Below, piece after piece: positions 38,815-39,917 of a DNA stretch of 39,917 bases; the first letter of the stretch is position 1; the number at the start of each line of letters is the position of its first letter. Below the pieces are notes generated by a model. The model searched no databases. It was not told where the DNA came from and saw only the letters and a list, made by a program, of their open reading frames with translations. Origin of the DNA: a virus. Position numbers and translations under genes: made by a program. The stretch is taken from IMG/VR virus record IMGVR_UViG_3300039071_000050, positions 1 through 39,917 of that record. The stretch is one strand, 5' to 3'.

Positions 38815-39878
38815 TGGCTGACAACGTGACCCTGAACCCGGGTACTGGCGGCGCGGTCATTGCGACCGACGACATCGACGGCGTGCAGTACCAGCGGGTG
38901 AAGCTGGCGTTTGGCGCCAACGGCGTTGCAGATGATGTTTCCTCGGCCACCCCGCTGCCGGTGAGTGTGTCTGGCGTGGCTACCGAGGCCACGCTATCCG
39001 CGCTGAACGCCAAGACTCCGGGGCTTGGATTTGCTGCGCCGGGCGCTGCGGTCCCCGTGAACATCGCCAACGACTTGACCGTCACTGGTACGGCCAGCAT
39101 CGCGGCCATCAATACCAATCTGCTGACCGGCAACGTCTCGGACTGGTACGACGCCCAGGCCTTCCACAGCGTCAGCATTCAGATCATCGGCGGGGCTGGC
39201 ATCAGTGCCGGCGCCATCATCTTCGAGCAGACCAACGACACGACGGCGGCGCCTGCTGGCAACGTGTGGCCGGTCAACGAGGACACGACGCTCACCCCGA
39301 CGCCGGTTATCGCTGCTGTGACCATTGCGGCCTCGGCCGTGCGCATGTTTGGCGCGCCGATCACCTCGCGCTATGTGCGAGTGCGGGTGTCTACCGGGTT
39401 CGTGGGCGGCACTGTCCAGGCTGTCGCTGTGTTCGGCGAGCTGCCCTACCAGCGCCAGGTGGTGACTGTTCACCAAGCGACGGCGGCGAACCTGAACGCG
39501 ACTGTCTCGGGCACCGTCACGGCCAACCAGGGCACGTTCACTGCGCCGACCCCGAGCAACGTCAGTTCGACGGCATCGACCAACGCGACCAGCGTGAAGT
39601 CTACGGCCGGCACCGTCTATTCGGTCACGGCCAGCAACACCGGGGCGGCTGCGGCGTACCTCAAGTTGTACAACCTGGCCGCCGCCCCGACCGTTGGCAC
39701 CAGCGTGCCAGTGCTGACGATCACTATCCCGGCGAGCGGCACCGTAAACATCCCGTTTGGCACCACCGGGCACCGCTTTGCCACAGGCATTGCTCTAGCA
39801 ATCACTGGCAGCGCCGCAGACAGCGACACGACCGCAGTAGCTGCCGCCCAGGTCAAGGTGCTGACCGCTTACATCTGA
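38814..39878 (+). CDS. Virion-module protein of unknown role (354 aa, Ala/Thr/Val-rich, beta-rich)
   Basis: TAATG junction with the portal gene. N-terminus TLNPGTGGAVIATDDIDGVQYQRVKLAFG. No enzymatic motif seen. The 3' end is duplicated at 1-68. Confidence 0.5.
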   Translation: MADNVTLNPGTGGAVIATDDIDGVQYQRVKLAFGANGVADDVSSATPLPVSVSGVATEATLSALNAKTPGLGFAAPGAAVPVNIANDLTVTGTASIAAINTNLLTGNVSDWYDAQAFHSVSIQIIGGAGISAGAIIFEQTNDTTAAPAGNVWPVNEDTTLTPTPVIAAVTIAASAVRMFGAPITSRYVRVRVSTGFVGGTVQAVAVFGELPYQRQVVTVHQATAANLNATVSGTVTANQGTFTAPTPSNVSSTASTNATSVKSTAGTVYSVTASNTGAAAAYLKLYNLAAAPTVGTSVPVLTITIPASGTVNIPFGTTGHRFATGIALAITGSAADSDTTAVAAAQVKVLTAYI

Positions 39879-39917
39879 GGCGCGCCCCATGCTTTCGCTG
39901 CTGCTCAATCTCGGCAC
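39811..39917. repeat. Terminal direct repeat copy 2
   Basis: Identical to bases 1-107. Confidence 0.95.

Larger units (their letters stand above)
1..39917. mobile_element. Complete temperate phage genome (lambdoid regulation, podovirus-like virion module), circularly closed; unit length 39,810 bp
   Basis: Exact 107-bp terminal overlap. Full set of integrase, CI/Cro, replication, Q, lysis, terminase, portal, capsid and tail fibre genes. No flanking host genes. Confidence 0.9.

Noticed and set aside
1-39917. Search for CRISPR arrays, rRNA, IS/transposase genes, toxin-antitoxin pairs with known folds, retrons and recognised defence systems.
   Set aside because: Nothing with the expected repeats or catalytic motifs was seen on either strand.

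Overview
The window is one complete, circularly closed temperate phage genome. Bases 1-107 repeat exactly at 39811-39917 (assembly overlap), so the unit genome is 39,810 bp and the window starts inside a virion gene. It is GC-rich with strong GC3 bias, a Pseudomonas-like style; the host cannot be verified here.

Layout:
(i) A late operon on the + strand starts at a Q-dependent PR'-tR' switch (32.03-32.13 kb). It encodes an SGNH esterase, holin, SleB-type endolysin, Rz/Rz1, terminase and portal. Across the junction it continues with scaffold, a DUF5309/SU10-type major capsid protein, adaptor, a nozzle-like protein, a GNAT-like protein, four Gly/Gln-rich ejection-type proteins and a short tail fibre. 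There are no tube, sheath or tape-measure genes, so the virion is podovirus-like.
(ii) A convergent secreted NodB-type polysaccharide deacetylase, the attP region, integrase and a DUF4224 excisionase-like gene.
(iii) A leftward early operon of about 8.3 kb with tightly coupled genes: Erf, YqaJ exonuclease, an orphan C5 cytosine methyltransferase, an Rmf/CrpP-like protein, a DUF551 zinc-ribbon protein and Ead/Ea22-like proteins.
(iv) The immunity region: a LexA/S24-type CI with two small downstream membrane ORFs, Cro, and CTTGTA-N2-TACAAG operators.
(v) A rightward early operon: an O-like initiator with an internal iteron/AT-rich origin, DnaB, TraR, NinB, a Ref-like HNH protein, a PD-(D/E)XK resolvase, an HTH-metallophosphoesterase and Q.

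No CRISPR, rRNA, IS element or reverse transcriptase was seen.

Most unusual items:
- a tRNA-like element with a 5-nt anticodon loop and a 17-bp extended acceptor helix in the PL-proximal region;
- a lambda-N-like leader/terminator architecture with no recognisable N;
- an oop-like antisense RNA candidate over the O-gene start;
- two unrelated carbohydrate esterases in classic moron slots (attP-proximal, and between PR' and the holin).

All domain names come from motif recognition by eye. No database search was run.
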